The translations under genes were made by a program, and so were the position numbers. The notes under the pieces are model-generated. The model saw only the letters and a list, made by a program, of their open reading frames with translations. It did not search any database and was not told the origin of the DNA. A stretch of 64,000 bases of DNA from an uncultured Alphaproteobacteria bacterium (lineage in GTDB: Bacteria > Pseudomonadota > Alphaproteobacteria > Rhizobiales > Methyloligellaceae): contig CAVZNL010000004.1 of NCBI GenBank assembly GCA_963776655.1, forward strand, positions 490,382 through 554,381, in the 5' to 3' direction. Positions 12,163 to 21,963 of this stretch are shown piece by piece; the stretch's first letter is position 1, and each line of letters opens with the position of its first letter.

Positions 12163-12624
12163 TCAGAGAAGGGCACCCAGAAAGGCGCGGGCCTTGGCGT
12201 AGATGCCCGGCGCTTCGCTTTCGCGCGGACCGGCGATGCAGACGCTCATGTCGCCTTGGCCGAGAAAAGCGCGCGCCCGCGCGAGAGCTTCGCTCGTATC
12301 GAGATCGAGGACGATGTGCGGCTTGCCGAGCGTCATCGCAAAATCGCGCGCGGTTTGGCTGCCTGGCGAGACCTCGAGACCGGCACTGTCAACCAGGACC
12401 ATCAACCTGTCGGCATCGCGCACATTCCATTGCGTCCGCTGTCCTGGATCGGCTTTTGTCGTCTCTCGCAATTGAGGGTATGCCGCCAGCAGGCCCGGCG
12501 GCTCCGGCAGGTCCTCGGCCCAACCGCCTTTGGGGCACCAGCCGCCATGGGCAAGGCCTTTCGCGACAGCCGTATCGAGCGCGGCCCGGTCGACGCCCGT
12601 CTGCCCGCCGGAAAGGATCTTCAT
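12163..12624 (-). CDS. Putative molybdenum carrier / YpsA-like SLOG protein
   Basis: MKILSGGQTGVDRAALD, GGWCPKG, RTQWNVRDAD, IAGPRES. Confidence 0.85.
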   Translation of the reverse strand: MKILSGGQTGVDRAALDTAVAKGLAHGGWCPKGGWAEDLPEPPGLLAAYPQLRETTKADPGQRTQWNVRDADRLMVLVDSAGLEVSPGSQTARDFAMTLGKPHIVLDLDTSEALARARAFLGQGDMSVCIAGPRESEAPGIYAKARAFLGALL

Positions 12625-12634
12625 CTTTCGGCCG

Positions 12635-13253
12635 CTAGGCCCGCGCCAGTTCCTGGTCGAGAGCGGTGGCGCGCTGCAAGGCTGGCCGCTGCTCGAGCCT
12701 GCCCACATAGGCGACGAACTCCGGCCCCTTGGGCACAAGGTCGAACATCATGCCCCAGCGCAGCGTCGAGCCCACGACCACGTCGGCGGCGGTGAATTGC
12801 TCGCCCATCAGATAGGGTCCTTCCGCCACCGCCTCGGCAACCACTTTCATCACCGTGTCGAATTCGCCATAGCCCAAGATGCCGCGGCGCGGCTCCTCTT
12901 GCCGCGGGAAGGCGCGATCGGTGATGGCAGGCTCGATGCAGGCGGAAGCGAAGAACAGCCACTTGAGATAGGCGCCGCGGCGCGGGTCGCCGACGGGAAC
13001 GTTCAGTCGGGCCTGCGGGGAACGCGTCGGCGAGATAGGTGCAGATGGCTGCCGCTTCGGTCACGATCGTCTCGCCGTGCCGGAGCGCCGGCACCTTGCC
13101 CATGGGATTGACGGCAAGATAGCCGGGCGCGTGCTGCTCGCCTTTCGCGAGGTTCAAGACGTGAAGGTCGTAGGGCTCGCCCAATTCCTCAAGCATCCAG
13201 CGGACGATCGAGGACCGCGACGGCGCCGCATGATAGAGCGTGAGCTTCGGCAA
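12635..13253 (-). CDS. Glutathione S-transferase; TTG start, apparent frameshift near 13015
   Basis: AGGAGG RBS; LYHAAPSRSSIVRWMLEELG, NPMGKVP, YLMGEQFTAADV. Confidence 0.9.
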
Positions 13254-13371
13254 TGGGTCCTCCTGTGCGAACCGGATGAGCAACTAGCGGCCGCTTGTGG
13301 CGTTAAGATGATGAGCCAATGCGGGGCCAGCCGTTGGACAAACCCTCGGAGATCTCAAGCGCGCAACGCGC

Positions 13372-14187
13372 CTAGCCCTGTTCGGCTTTGGCCCAGCCCT
13401 CGACCTCGCCGATCCAGTGCTCGGCGTGCTGGTTGAAGGTCGCGAGAACGGCATCGAAGGCCGCCTCCTCGGCCGGCTCGGCGCCGCGGTCCGTTTGCAA
13501 GTCCCCGAACACGTGGCGGTAGTCGGCGTAACCCTGCATCTCCTCGCGGCGGTGCCACCAGAGATCGCCGATGAAAAAGAACTTGATCCAGGAGAACAGG
13601 CAATCGGTCCAGTCTTCGAGGTAGTGGCGGAGGTGCACGCTGGGAGCGCAAAGGTAGAGGTCGGCGCCGTGCAGCACCCTGGAGCCGCTCGCCGCGCACT
13701 CCTCGCCGGTGGCGACCTCGACCAGCCTGCCGTCGAGAAAGGGATGCTCGGGATATTCGAGGAAGACGAAGCTCATGCGGTCGGCGCCGGGATAAAGCCC
13801 GCGCGGGTCGAACAGCTTGAAGTCGAGACCGCGCAGCCGCGCCTGCCTGAGCGCAATAAGCGGTGCGTTCTCGGCTTCCGGATTTTCGATGAGCTCGACG
13901 CCCGCAGCGCGGGCATTGGCGACGAGAGCGCCTTGGTTGGGGCTTACGAAGCTCGAGACGAGGATCGTGCCGGTCGTTTCTTCGTCGATGGTCTCGATAT
14001 TGGGCCGGGACCGTTGAGCCTCGCCGCGTTGCGCGTTCATCAGGTCCAGAATGCGCGGCCGTTCCGGCTGACGCAGGCGCAAGAACTCGTCACTGCGGCT
14101 CGCGAGCCGGTGCATATGGCCGAGGAGCCGGTACCGCGTGCGCGGATCGCGGCAGTTGCCTTTCCAGACAACGGATACCGAGGGCAT
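13372..14187 (-). CDS. Hypothetical protein
   Basis: 271-aa ORF with protein-like composition; no family recognised. Confidence 0.65.
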   Translation of the reverse strand: MPSVSVVWKGNCRDPRTRYRLLGHMHRLASRSDEFLRLRQPERPRILDLMNAQRGEAQRSRPNIETIDEETTGTILVSSFVSPNQGALVANARAAGVELIENPEAENAPLIALRQARLRGLDFKLFDPRGLYPGADRMSFVFLEYPEHPFLDGRLVEVATGEECAASGSRVLHGADLYLCAPSVHLRHYLEDWTDCLFSWIKFFFIGDLWWHRREEMQGYADYRHVFGDLQTDRGAEPAEEAAFDAVLATFNQHAEHWIGEVEGWAKAEQG

Positions 14188-14592
14188 GGGCCAAGTCCTG
14201 CCGCGACGCTACGAAACCGAGAGCGGGCACATTGCCCGCGCCGAGCCGGTGGTGCAAGCGATGTTCCGGAAAAGGGTTGCCTCCGGGTTCACCGATGCGC
14301 CCTCCCGGACTGTTCTCTCCGCCTCCCTACGAGGCTGGCCCATAATGACCGCGAAAGGTGGCGCGAATGGAGCGGGGGATGAACGACCGGGATGGTTTCT
14401 ACATTCTCGCCGCGAGCACGGCCGGAACGGGCTCATTTTTGTGGTTATCAGGTTCGGCATGGAACATGGTGAAGAAGGCGACAAATATCGAACGCGCCTT
14501 CTCGTCACGCCTGTTCTCGCTTATTACACGCCCTGGTCATGGTTCCGCCGCTATCGGCGGCCGGCGATCTTGAGGGAAAGGGCCCGTACCCT

Positions 14593-14693
14593 TCGTCATG
14601 CCGTTTCGTTTCAGCGAGATTGAAGCGCCAATGGAATGGATTGCCGGAGCCTGTCCCTGGACTTGATCCGGGGATCAAGCCCGGCAATGACGG
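14593..14693. repeat. RPE-like repeat with an inserted loop module
   Basis: Colinear with 49084-49157 (tcgtcatgccgtt...tgaagcgc..tggaatggattgccgg...tcaagcccggcaatgacgg) plus ~26 extra bp. Confidence 0.8.
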
Positions 14694-14795
14694 GCACCTT
14701 GGCTGTCCCTCATATCGCGCAGGTGCATCTCGAAGCATGACCACCCTCCCCTTGCTCGTGATGCAACCGGCGGCGGCGGTCTTGCCTACGTCATG

Positions 14796-14834
14796 AAAAA
14801 GAGGCGCAGCTCCGCAAGCGGAGACTGCGCCTCT
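14796..14834 (-). terminator. Rho-independent terminator downstream of the DUF1097 gene
   Basis: AGAGGCGCAG...CTGCGCCTCT stem followed by a T run on the minus strand. Confidence 0.75.
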
Positions 14835-14888
14835 CTGCATCGTGCGGGCCGGGGGTTCGAGTTACCCCGACGCCGACCCTGAAGTCGC

Positions 14889-15428
14889 TTACGCTTTCGC
14901 GTGGCGCGCGCCGTGCCCTGCGCCCGCCAGCATGCCGGCGAGCTTTTCGGACACATAGCCAAACACCGCGCCGATGATCATCGAAAGAATAACGACGACA
15001 ACGGGGTTCTCCAGAGAAGCCGCGGTCAGGCTTCCGGCCGCATCCTTCATCAGGGTATAGGCGACGACGGAGGCAAAGCCATAGACCTGCGCCGGGATGG
15101 TGGCGAACATCGGAACGTTGGCAAGCAGCACCATGGCGGCGACGCCGATGCCGACGCAGATCGCGGCCCATATCGGGAGCCCCATTGTGTCGGCCATGCC
15201 GGTCATGGTGGCGACGATCAGCGTAATGCCGGCAATGATCGCACCGGCGGCATTGTTCAGGACCGCCGTTTGCAGGCCCTGTTCCTTGCCACCGCAATGG
15301 AAGAAGCAACCCCAGGCGATGAAGGCGGCCCAAATCGCCAGCACGCCACCGAGCGGCCCCAGGAAGAGCCACGTGGCAATTGCGCCAAGTACGCCAACGC
15401 TGACTGCAAGAGCTGTATTCGCTGACAT
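14889..15428 (-). CDS. DUF1097 membrane protein
   Basis: ALAVSVGVLGAIATW, IWAAFIAWGCFFHCGG, GAVFGYVSEKL. Confidence 0.85.
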   Translation of the reverse strand: MSANTALAVSVGVLGAIATWLFLGPLGGVLAIWAAFIAWGCFFHCGGKEQGLQTAVLNNAAGAIIAGITLIVATMTGMADTMGLPIWAAICVGIGVAAMVLLANVPMFATIPAQVYGFASVVAYTLMKDAAGSLTAASLENPVVVVILSMIIGAVFGYVSEKLAGMLAGAGHGARHAKA

Positions 15429-15620
15429 CTCACCCCCCTTTCGTGGAAGAGCGGGCGGATGCGCCGGATCGCCGGCGGTCCACCGGCTCAATGGGTGGAA
15501 CCGTTTTGCTGCTGATTCGGCTCCCGCTTCAACACGAATTCCTCTTTTTTGCCCAATTCATCCATTCGCGCCCCGTACGGGTGGCTTGAGGAAAGGCGCG
15601 AGGCGGCCTAGCTATCGGGC

Positions 15621-17024
15621 ATGACGGGCACGGTCCATGTCATTGGCGGGGGACTTGCGGGAAGCGAGGCCGCCTCGCAGTTGGCGCAGAGCGGCGTGCC
15701 GGTGACGCTGCACGAGATGCGTCCAGGTCGTGCGACCGAGGCGCACAAGACCGGGGCACTCGCCGAGCTCGTTTGCTCCAATTCGTTCCGTTCGGACGAG
15801 TGGGAGACCAATGCCGTCGGCCTCCTCCATGAGGAGATGCGCCGCGCGTCCTCGCTGATCATGGCGGCAGCCGATGCGAACAAGCTGCCCGCCGGCGGCG
15901 CGCTCGCGGTCGACCGCGACGGATTCGCCGCCGACGTCACCCGAGCGCTCGAAACGCATCCGCTGATCGAGATTTCCCGCGAGGAGATCGCGGGCTTGCC
16001 GCCTCCGGAGTGGGACAGCGTCATCGTGGCGACCGGTCCCCTCACCTCGCCGGCGCTGGCAGACGCGATCAAGACACTGACCGGCGAAGCGGAACTTGCC
16101 TTCTTCGATGCCATCGCTCCGATCGTCCATGCCGAGTCGATCGACATGACGGTGTGCTGGCGCCAGTCGCGCTATGACAAAGCGGGGCCCGGCGGCGGCG
16201 GCGCGGACTACATCAACTGCCCGCTCGACAAGGCGCAATACGATGCCTTCCTTGCAGCCCTTCTCGCCGCCGAGAAAACGGCCTTCAAGGATTTCGAAAC
16301 GACGCCGTATTTCGAGGGCTGCCTTCCCATCGAGGTGATGGCAGAGCGCGGCCCGCACACGCTGCGCTATGGGCCGATGAAGCCGGTCGGCCTCTCCAAC
16401 CCCCACCGGCCAGGCGAGAAACCCTACGCCGTGGTGCAGCTCCGCCAGGACAACGCGCTCGGCAGCTTGTGGAACATGGTCGGCTTCCAGACCAAGCTCA
16501 AACACGGCGAGCAGGCGCGCGTGTTCCGCTTGATACCCGGGCTCGCACAAGCCGAATTCGCACGGCTTGGCGGACTGCATCGCAATACCTTCCTCAACAG
16601 CCCGAAGCTTCTCGATGCGGGTTTGCGGCTGAAGGCCGATCCCAGGCTCCGCTTTGCCGGGCAAATCACCGGGGTCGAGGGGTATGTGGAATCGGCGGCG
16701 ATCGGGCTCATCGCCGGGCGCTTTGCCGCGGCTGAACGGAGCGGCCGGGCCCTTTCGCCACCGCCTCCGACCACGGCTCTCGGCGCTCTTCTCAATCACA
16801 TCACGGGCGGCCATCTCAGCGCCGAGGACGAAACCGGCGGCCGCAGCTTCCAGCCGATGAATGTCAATTTCGGGCTGTTTCCCCCGATCGTGGCTCCGAC
16901 TTCGCGGCAGGAGAAGGGCCCGCGCAACACCAAGAGCTTCGCCAGGAAGCGTGCCCTTTCTCTGCGTGCTCTTTCCGATCTCGATCGCTGGCTTCGCCAG
17001 CCCGCTTCCATCGCGGCCGAGTAG
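15621..17024 (+). CDS. trmFO: Folate/FAD-dependent tRNA (uracil-54-C5)-methyltransferase
   Basis: [53 protein letters not shown]. Confidence 0.97.
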   Translation: MTGTVHVIGGGLAGSEAASQLAQSGVPVTLHEMRPGRATEAHKTGALAELVCSNSFRSDEWETNAVGLLHEEMRRASSLIMAAADANKLPAGGALAVDRDGFAADVTRALETHPLIEISREEIAGLPPPEWDSVIVATGPLTSPALADAIKTLTGEAELAFFDAIAPIVHAESIDMTVCWRQSRYDKAGPGGGGADYINCPLDKAQYDAFLAALLAAEKTAFKDFETTPYFEGCLPIEVMAERGPHTLRYGPMKPVGLSNPHRPGEKPYAVVQLRQDNALGSLWNMVGFQTKLKHGEQARVFRLIPGLAQAEFARLGGLHRNTFLNSPKLLDAGLRLKADPRLRFAGQITGVEGYVESAAIGLIAGRFAAAERSGRALSPPPPTTALGALLNHITGGHLSAEDETGGRSFQPMNVNFGLFPPIVAPTSRQEKGPRNTKSFARKRALSLRALSDLDRWLRQPASIAAE

Positions 17025-17034
17025 GCGGCTCTCG

Positions 17035-17092
17035 CGTCATTCCGGCACAAGCCGACAAGCGGCTCTGGATACCGGCTTTCGCCGGTATGACG
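17035..17092. repeat. RPE-like palindrome
   Basis: CGTCATTCCGGC...GGATACCGGCTTTCGCCGGTATGACG. Confidence 0.7.
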
Positions 17093-17137
17093 GCCAAGCG
17101 TCGTAAGCCACCCTGAGGAGGGCAAGCCCCAACCGTG

Positions 17138-17983
17138 TTAGCCGCGCCAACGGGCCAGACGCCAAAACCGGTAGAGCGGGTTGATGTCTATGATCTCCCG
17201 CAAAGGATCGCCCCCTCTCCGATCCAACGCTTCGAGCGCGGCGAGATAAGGCCCAACCAGAGAGAGCGGCAGAAAGGCCAAGTTTGCGGAGCGGTCGAGC
17301 CCGGTCGCCTGACGGCGCGCGTCTTCACATGAGGCACGCGCCTTATCTCGCAGCTCGGCGAGCAGAGCGCGAAGGCCCTGGCTTGCCGATCCTGCCAGAA
17401 CGGCTTCGGGTGAGGTGCCACGGGACCGGAGCAGATCGGCCGGGAGATAGACGCGGCCTCCCGCCGCATGGAACGGCAAGGCCCGCATCAGGCCGGTCAG
17501 GCCGTAAGCGAGACCCCCTTGGGCAGAAGCGCGGTCGAAGTCAGGCGCCTTCGCGCCGAGACACTCTGCCGCCAGGGCAAACATGGCGCCGGCCGTCTCC
17601 TTCACATAGGTTTCGAGCGCGCTCCAGCCGGGCATGATCCTGGTCGCGACGTCGAATTGGCGGGCATCGATCAGCATGGCGATGCGCTCGGCTGACAAAG
17701 CGTGACGCCGCATCGTCTCGCCGAAAGCGTCCGCCACGGGATGGCCGACGGGTTCCCCCTCGCGCGCACGCGCGAGCGCCTCGCGCCACCATTGCAGGCG
17801 GATGGCGCCAAGCTCCGGCTCCTTCACCTGCTCGGCGATGCGCGCGAGCTCGACATTGAGCGCGCAAAGAGCGAGGAGATCGGGCCGCACCGCGCGCGGC
17901 GCGAACGAGGCGGCGAGCGCCCGGTCGGGATCGCCCGACCGCGCGATGCGTCTTACCGTGTCGCCCGGCTCGGCCTCATGCAA
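17138..17983 (-). CDS. Phytoene/squalene synthase family protein (NDUFAF6-like)
   Basis: LCALNVELARI, GAIRLQWWRE, GRVYLPAD; usual neighbour of secF. Confidence 0.88.
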   Translation of the reverse strand: MHEAEPGDTVRRIARSGDPDRALAASFAPRAVRPDLLALCALNVELARIAEQVKEPELGAIRLQWWREALARAREGEPVGHPVADAFGETMRRHALSAERIAMLIDARQFDVATRIMPGWSALETYVKETAGAMFALAAECLGAKAPDFDRASAQGGLAYGLTGLMRALPFHAAGGRVYLPADLLRSRGTSPEAVLAGSASQGLRALLAELRDKARASCEDARRQATGLDRSANLAFLPLSLVGPYLAALEALDRRGGDPLREIIDINPLYRFWRLARWRG

Positions 17984-18004
17984 GGTCCGCTTGCCTCAAT
18001 CCGA

Positions 18005-18958
18005 TCAAGCGCGGGCGGCGGCCGGCCCCCTCCCCTTGGCAGAGGCCGGGGCCGCGCTCCACGCCTCGCGCCGCACGCCGAGAATGAGCTGCAACGGCGA
18101 GGCCACGAAAATCGACGAATAGGCGCCGATGACGATGCCCCAGCACATCGCCAGCGCAAACCCGAAGATCGTTTCGCCGCCGAAGAACAGGAAGGGCAAC
18201 ATGGCGAGGAACGTCGTCACATGGGTGAGGACCGCGCGTGCCAAGGTCTCGTTGATCGACAAGTCGAGAAGCTCGACCAGCGGCATCCGCTTGAACTTGC
18301 GCAAATTCTCCCGGATCCGGTCGAAGATCACGACCTTGTCGTTAAGCGAGTAGCCGATGATCGTGAGGATGGCGGCGATGCTCGACACGTTGAATTCAAG
18401 CTGAAACAACGAATAGAGACCGATGGTACCGGTCACGTCGTGGATCAGGGAGGCGATGGCCGCGACGGCAAACTGCCATTCGAAGCGGAACCAGACGTAA
18501 ATCAAGATTCCGATCAGGGCCACGACCACGGCGATCGTGCCTCCGGCGATCAGCTCGCCGGAAATCGTCGGGCCAACGATCTCGACGCGGCGATACTCGA
18601 CCGTGTCCCCGAGCGCGCCCTTGACCTTGGCGATCGACGCCTGCTGCTCCTGCTCGGTCGGCTGCGAGGCGATGCGAATGAGAACCGCGTCTGGCGCGCC
18701 GAATTCCTGGATCTGAACCTCGCCGAGGCCGAGGTCGCTCACTTTGCCGCGGATGTCGGCGAGGTTGGCGGGACTTTCCTTGGTCTTGACCTCGATCAGC
18801 GTCCCGCCCTGAAAATCGATGCCCATGTTCAGCCCGATGGTCGCGACCAGGATGAGCGGAACCACGGTCAGAAAAGCCGAGACGAGCCAGGAGATGGTCC
18901 GCAAGCCGACGAAGTCGATCTTGGTATCGGGAGGGACGAAATGGATGCCGCGAAACAT
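18005..18958 (-). CDS. secF: Protein translocase subunit SecF
   Basis: GLNMGIDFQGG, VGPTISGEL, GYSLNDKVVIFDRIRE. Confidence 0.97.
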   Translation of the reverse strand: MFRGIHFVPPDTKIDFVGLRTISWLVSAFLTVVPLILVATIGLNMGIDFQGGTLIEVKTKESPANLADIRGKVSDLGLGEVQIQEFGAPDAVLIRIASQPTEQEQQASIAKVKGALGDTVEYRRVEIVGPTISGELIAGGTIAVVVALIGILIYVWFRFEWQFAVAAIASLIHDVTGTIGLYSLFQLEFNVSSIAAILTIIGYSLNDKVVIFDRIRENLRKFKRMPLVELLDLSINETLARAVLTHVTTFLAMLPFLFFGGETIFGFALAMCWGIVIGAYSSIFVASPLQLILGVRREAWSAAPASAKGRGPAAARA

Positions 18959-18969
18959 TTGCCAGGTCC

Positions 18970-20586
18970 TTACAGCGGGATGTTTTGAGGCCGCGCCCAG
19001 CGCAGCCAATAAGCGACCATGAGGCGGGTGACGGTTACCGCGGTGAACATCGAGGCGATGATGCCGATGGTCAGCGTCACCGCAAACCCGCGCACCGGAC
19101 CCGAGCCGAGCCAGAACAGGACAAGCACCGCGATCAGCGTGGTCACATTGGAATCGATGATGGTAATGAGCGCGCGTGAATAGCCGGCATCGACGGCCGC
19201 GTAGGGCGACTTCCCGGTCCTGATCTCCTCGCGGATGCGCTCGTTGATGAGCACGTTGGCATCGACGGCGATGCCGATGACCAGCACGATGCCTGCGATG
19301 CCCGGTAGCGTGAGCGTCGCGCCCATGACCGAGAGCACGGCGAAAATCAGCGCAACATTTAGAATGAGCGCGACATTGGCGAACAAGCCGAACAGGCCGT
19401 AGCCCGCCAGCATGAAGACCATCACCAGAGCAAGACCCATCAACGCGGCCTTCTTGCCGGATTCGATCGAGTCGGCGCCGAGGCTCGCACCGACCGTCCG
19501 CTCCTCGATGACGCTGAGCTTGGCGGGGAGCGCGCCGGAGCGCAGCAGCACGGCAAGATCGTTCGCCCGCTGCACGGTGAAATTGCCGCTGATCTGCCCT
19601 GTGCCGCCGAGAATCGGTTCACGGATGACCGGCGCCGTTATCACCTTTTGGTCCAGCAGGATGGCGAACGGCAGGCCTACATTCTCCTGGGTGATCTTGC
19701 CGAAGCGCTTGGCGCCGGCCGCGTCGAACTTGAAGTTGACCACCGGCTCGCTCGTCTGCTGATCGAAGCCGGGCGAGGCGTCCTGAAGGTTTTCTCCCGT
19801 CAGCAGCGTCTGGCTCTTGAGCACATAGGGGATGGGCGGGGTCTCGTTCGAATAGACGAGCTCGTCGCCGGGCGGCACCTGCTTGCTGATGGCGGCTTGC
19901 TGCGGATCGGCGCTGGGATCGACCATCTTGAATTCGAGCTTGCCGGTTTCGCCAATCAGAGATTTGAGGCGCTCGACGTCGGAGATACCGGGCACTTGCA
20001 CGAGAACGCGGTTGCGCCCCTCGCGCTGGATGCTGGGCTCGGTCGTGCCGAAGGCGTCGACGCGGCGCCTGATGGTCTCGATCGAGGCCTGGATGGCCGA
20101 ATTGATACGGTGGGTCAGGCCGGACTCGGTGATCGTGAGGGCTAGGCGATTATCCGGCGTGCGCGCCACCTCGATGTCGTTGCCGGAAGCCCCGCCGAAG
20201 ACAGCGCCGCCCACGGGAGACGCGAGCTTCCTCAGCTCGGTCTCGGCCTTGTCCATGTCGGCGGGGTCACGGATGCTCACCGAAACCGACCGCCTGCCGA
20301 TGTCCTGGGCGAGGTCGGAATAGCCGATGCGGGCGCGGCGCAGCGTTTCGCGCACGTCGCCGCGAAGATTGCCGAGCTGGTCCTCGATCATCTCCTTTTC
20401 GTCGATCTGATAGAGCAGATGGGCGCCGCCTTGCAGGTCGAGGCCGAGATTGACCTGCTTGTGAGGAAGCCATGTCGGAATCTGCGCCATCGTCGCCGCA
20501 GGGAACAGGTTGGGAAGCGCGTAGATGAATCCGGCGACGGTGACGACGAACACCAGGATCAACTTCCATCTTTCGAAATGCAGCAT
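18970..20586 (-). CDS. secD: Protein translocase subunit SecD
   Basis: LGLDLQGG, GTTEPSIQ, LRSGALP, AVDANVLINERIREE. Confidence 0.97.
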   Translation of the reverse strand: MLHFERWKLILVFVVTVAGFIYALPNLFPAATMAQIPTWLPHKQVNLGLDLQGGAHLLYQIDEKEMIEDQLGNLRGDVRETLRRARIGYSDLAQDIGRRSVSVSIRDPADMDKAETELRKLASPVGGAVFGGASGNDIEVARTPDNRLALTITESGLTHRINSAIQASIETIRRRVDAFGTTEPSIQREGRNRVLVQVPGISDVERLKSLIGETGKLEFKMVDPSADPQQAAISKQVPPGDELVYSNETPPIPYVLKSQTLLTGENLQDASPGFDQQTSEPVVNFKFDAAGAKRFGKITQENVGLPFAILLDQKVITAPVIREPILGGTGQISGNFTVQRANDLAVLLRSGALPAKLSVIEERTVGASLGADSIESGKKAALMGLALVMVFMLAGYGLFGLFANVALILNVALIFAVLSVMGATLTLPGIAGIVLVIGIAVDANVLINERIREEIRTGKSPYAAVDAGYSRALITIIDSNVTTLIAVLVLFWLGSGPVRGFAVTLTIGIIASMFTAVTVTRLMVAYWLRWARPQNIPL

Positions 20587-20633
20587 GCCGCGCTCGCGCT
20601 AATTGATGGAACGGTCGGACGGTGAGGTGGTCA

Positions 20634-20984
20634 TCAGGATGCGGCCTTCGCTTTCGCTGTCGGTGCTGCCTCGCCCTTCTCGCCCTTGTGGCGCACCTCC
20701 GAAACCGTGGCGCGTACGAGCTTGATCCTGACGCCGTCGGCGATCTCGACCTGAAGCTCGTTGTCCTCGACTTTTGTCACTTTGCCGATGATGCCTCCGG
20801 AGGTCACGACAGTGTCGCCGCGGCGGATGGACGCGACCATATCGCGATGCTCCTTCAGCCGCTTTTGCTGCGGCCGGATCATCAGGAAATACATGATCCC
20901 GATGATGAGCATGGTGGGAATGATCAGGCTGTTCAGCATGTCGAAGGCGCTCGGGGCGGCTTGAGCGTAAACGAAACCTGGCAT
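20634..20984 (-). CDS. yajC: Preprotein translocase subunit YajC
   Basis: YFLMIRPQQKR...GDTVVTSGGIIG. Confidence 0.96.
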   Translation of the reverse strand: MPGFVYAQAAPSAFDMLNSLIIPTMLIIGIMYFLMIRPQQKRLKEHRDMVASIRRGDTVVTSGGIIGKVTKVEDNELQVEIADGVRIKLVRATVSEVRHKGEKGEAAPTAKAKAAS

Positions 20985-21114
20985 TGCTCCTGTCCTTTGC
21001 TTGGCTTAAGGATGGCCGCCCTCGACCGGCGCGGCCCGTCTGCCGTCATGCTGCGGGGCGCCTCGAAGGTGGCGCGACTATAGCCGCCCCGATAGGCTTT
21101 GCAACGGGCGCGAG

Positions 21115-21960
21115 ATGAACTTTCAGGAACCTCTTTCCGGCATTTTGGAGCGCATTGCCCGGGCGCTCGAGCGGCTCGGGCCGGGCCGGGCCGGTCGGCC
21201 CGATTTCGCCGCAGCCGATGCCTTTGTCTGGCATCCCGAGACCGACAACTTTCAACCCGTAAGCGACGTCAACCGCGTGCCGCTCTCGCTGCTCAAGGGC
21301 ATCGATGCCATGCGCGACACGCTGATCGCCAACACGCTCCGCTTCGCGCGCGGCCTTCCCGCGAACAACGCCCTGCTTTGGGGCGCGCGCGGCATGGGCA
21401 AGAGCTCGCTGGTCAAGGCCGTCCATCGCGAGATCCCCGGACTGAAGCTCGTGGAAATCCACCGCGAAGATCTCGGCTCGTTGCCGCGCCTGCTCGGCTA
21501 TCTGCGCGCGGACCAGGCTCATCGCTTCATCCTTTACTGCGACGACCTGTCCTTCGAGGCGTTGGACACGTCGTACAAATCGCTGAAGGCGGTGCTCGAA
21601 GGCGGCATCGAAGGGCGCCCCGGCAATGTGTTGTTCTATGCCACCTCGAACCGCCGCCACCTGATGCCGCGCGAGATGGTCGAGAACGAACGCTCGACGG
21701 CCATCAACCCCGGAGAGGCGGTCGAGGAGAAGCTTTCGCTGTCGGATCGCTTCGGCTTATGGCTCGGCTTCCACAATTGCAGCCAAGACGAGTATCTCGC
21801 CATGGTGCGCGGCTACGCCGATCACTACCGTCTCGCGGTTCCGGAGGCTGCGCTGCGCGAGGAGGCTCTGGCCTGGGCGCTTCAGCGCGGCAGCCGCTCG
21901 GGCCGCGTCGCCTGGCAATATATCCAGGACCTCGCCGGCAGGCTCGGCACGCCGCTCTAG
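21115..21960 (+). CDS. DUF815 AAA+ ATPase
   Basis: NNALLWGARGMGKSS, CDDLSF, YATSNRRHL, LSDRFGLWLGF. Confidence 0.92.
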   Translation: MNFQEPLSGILERIARALERLGPGRAGRPDFAAADAFVWHPETDNFQPVSDVNRVPLSLLKGIDAMRDTLIANTLRFARGLPANNALLWGARGMGKSSLVKAVHREIPGLKLVEIHREDLGSLPRLLGYLRADQAHRFILYCDDLSFEALDTSYKSLKAVLEGGIEGRPGNVLFYATSNRRHLMPREMVENERSTAINPGEAVEEKLSLSDRFGLWLGFHNCSQDEYLAMVRGYADHYRLAVPEAALREEALAWALQRGSRSGRVAWQYIQDLAGRLGTPL

Positions 21961-21963
21961 CCT

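Noticed and set aside
14345-14623. Possible 92-aa ORF on the plus strand
   Set aside because: No clear RBS or motif, and it ends inside a repeat; not supportable
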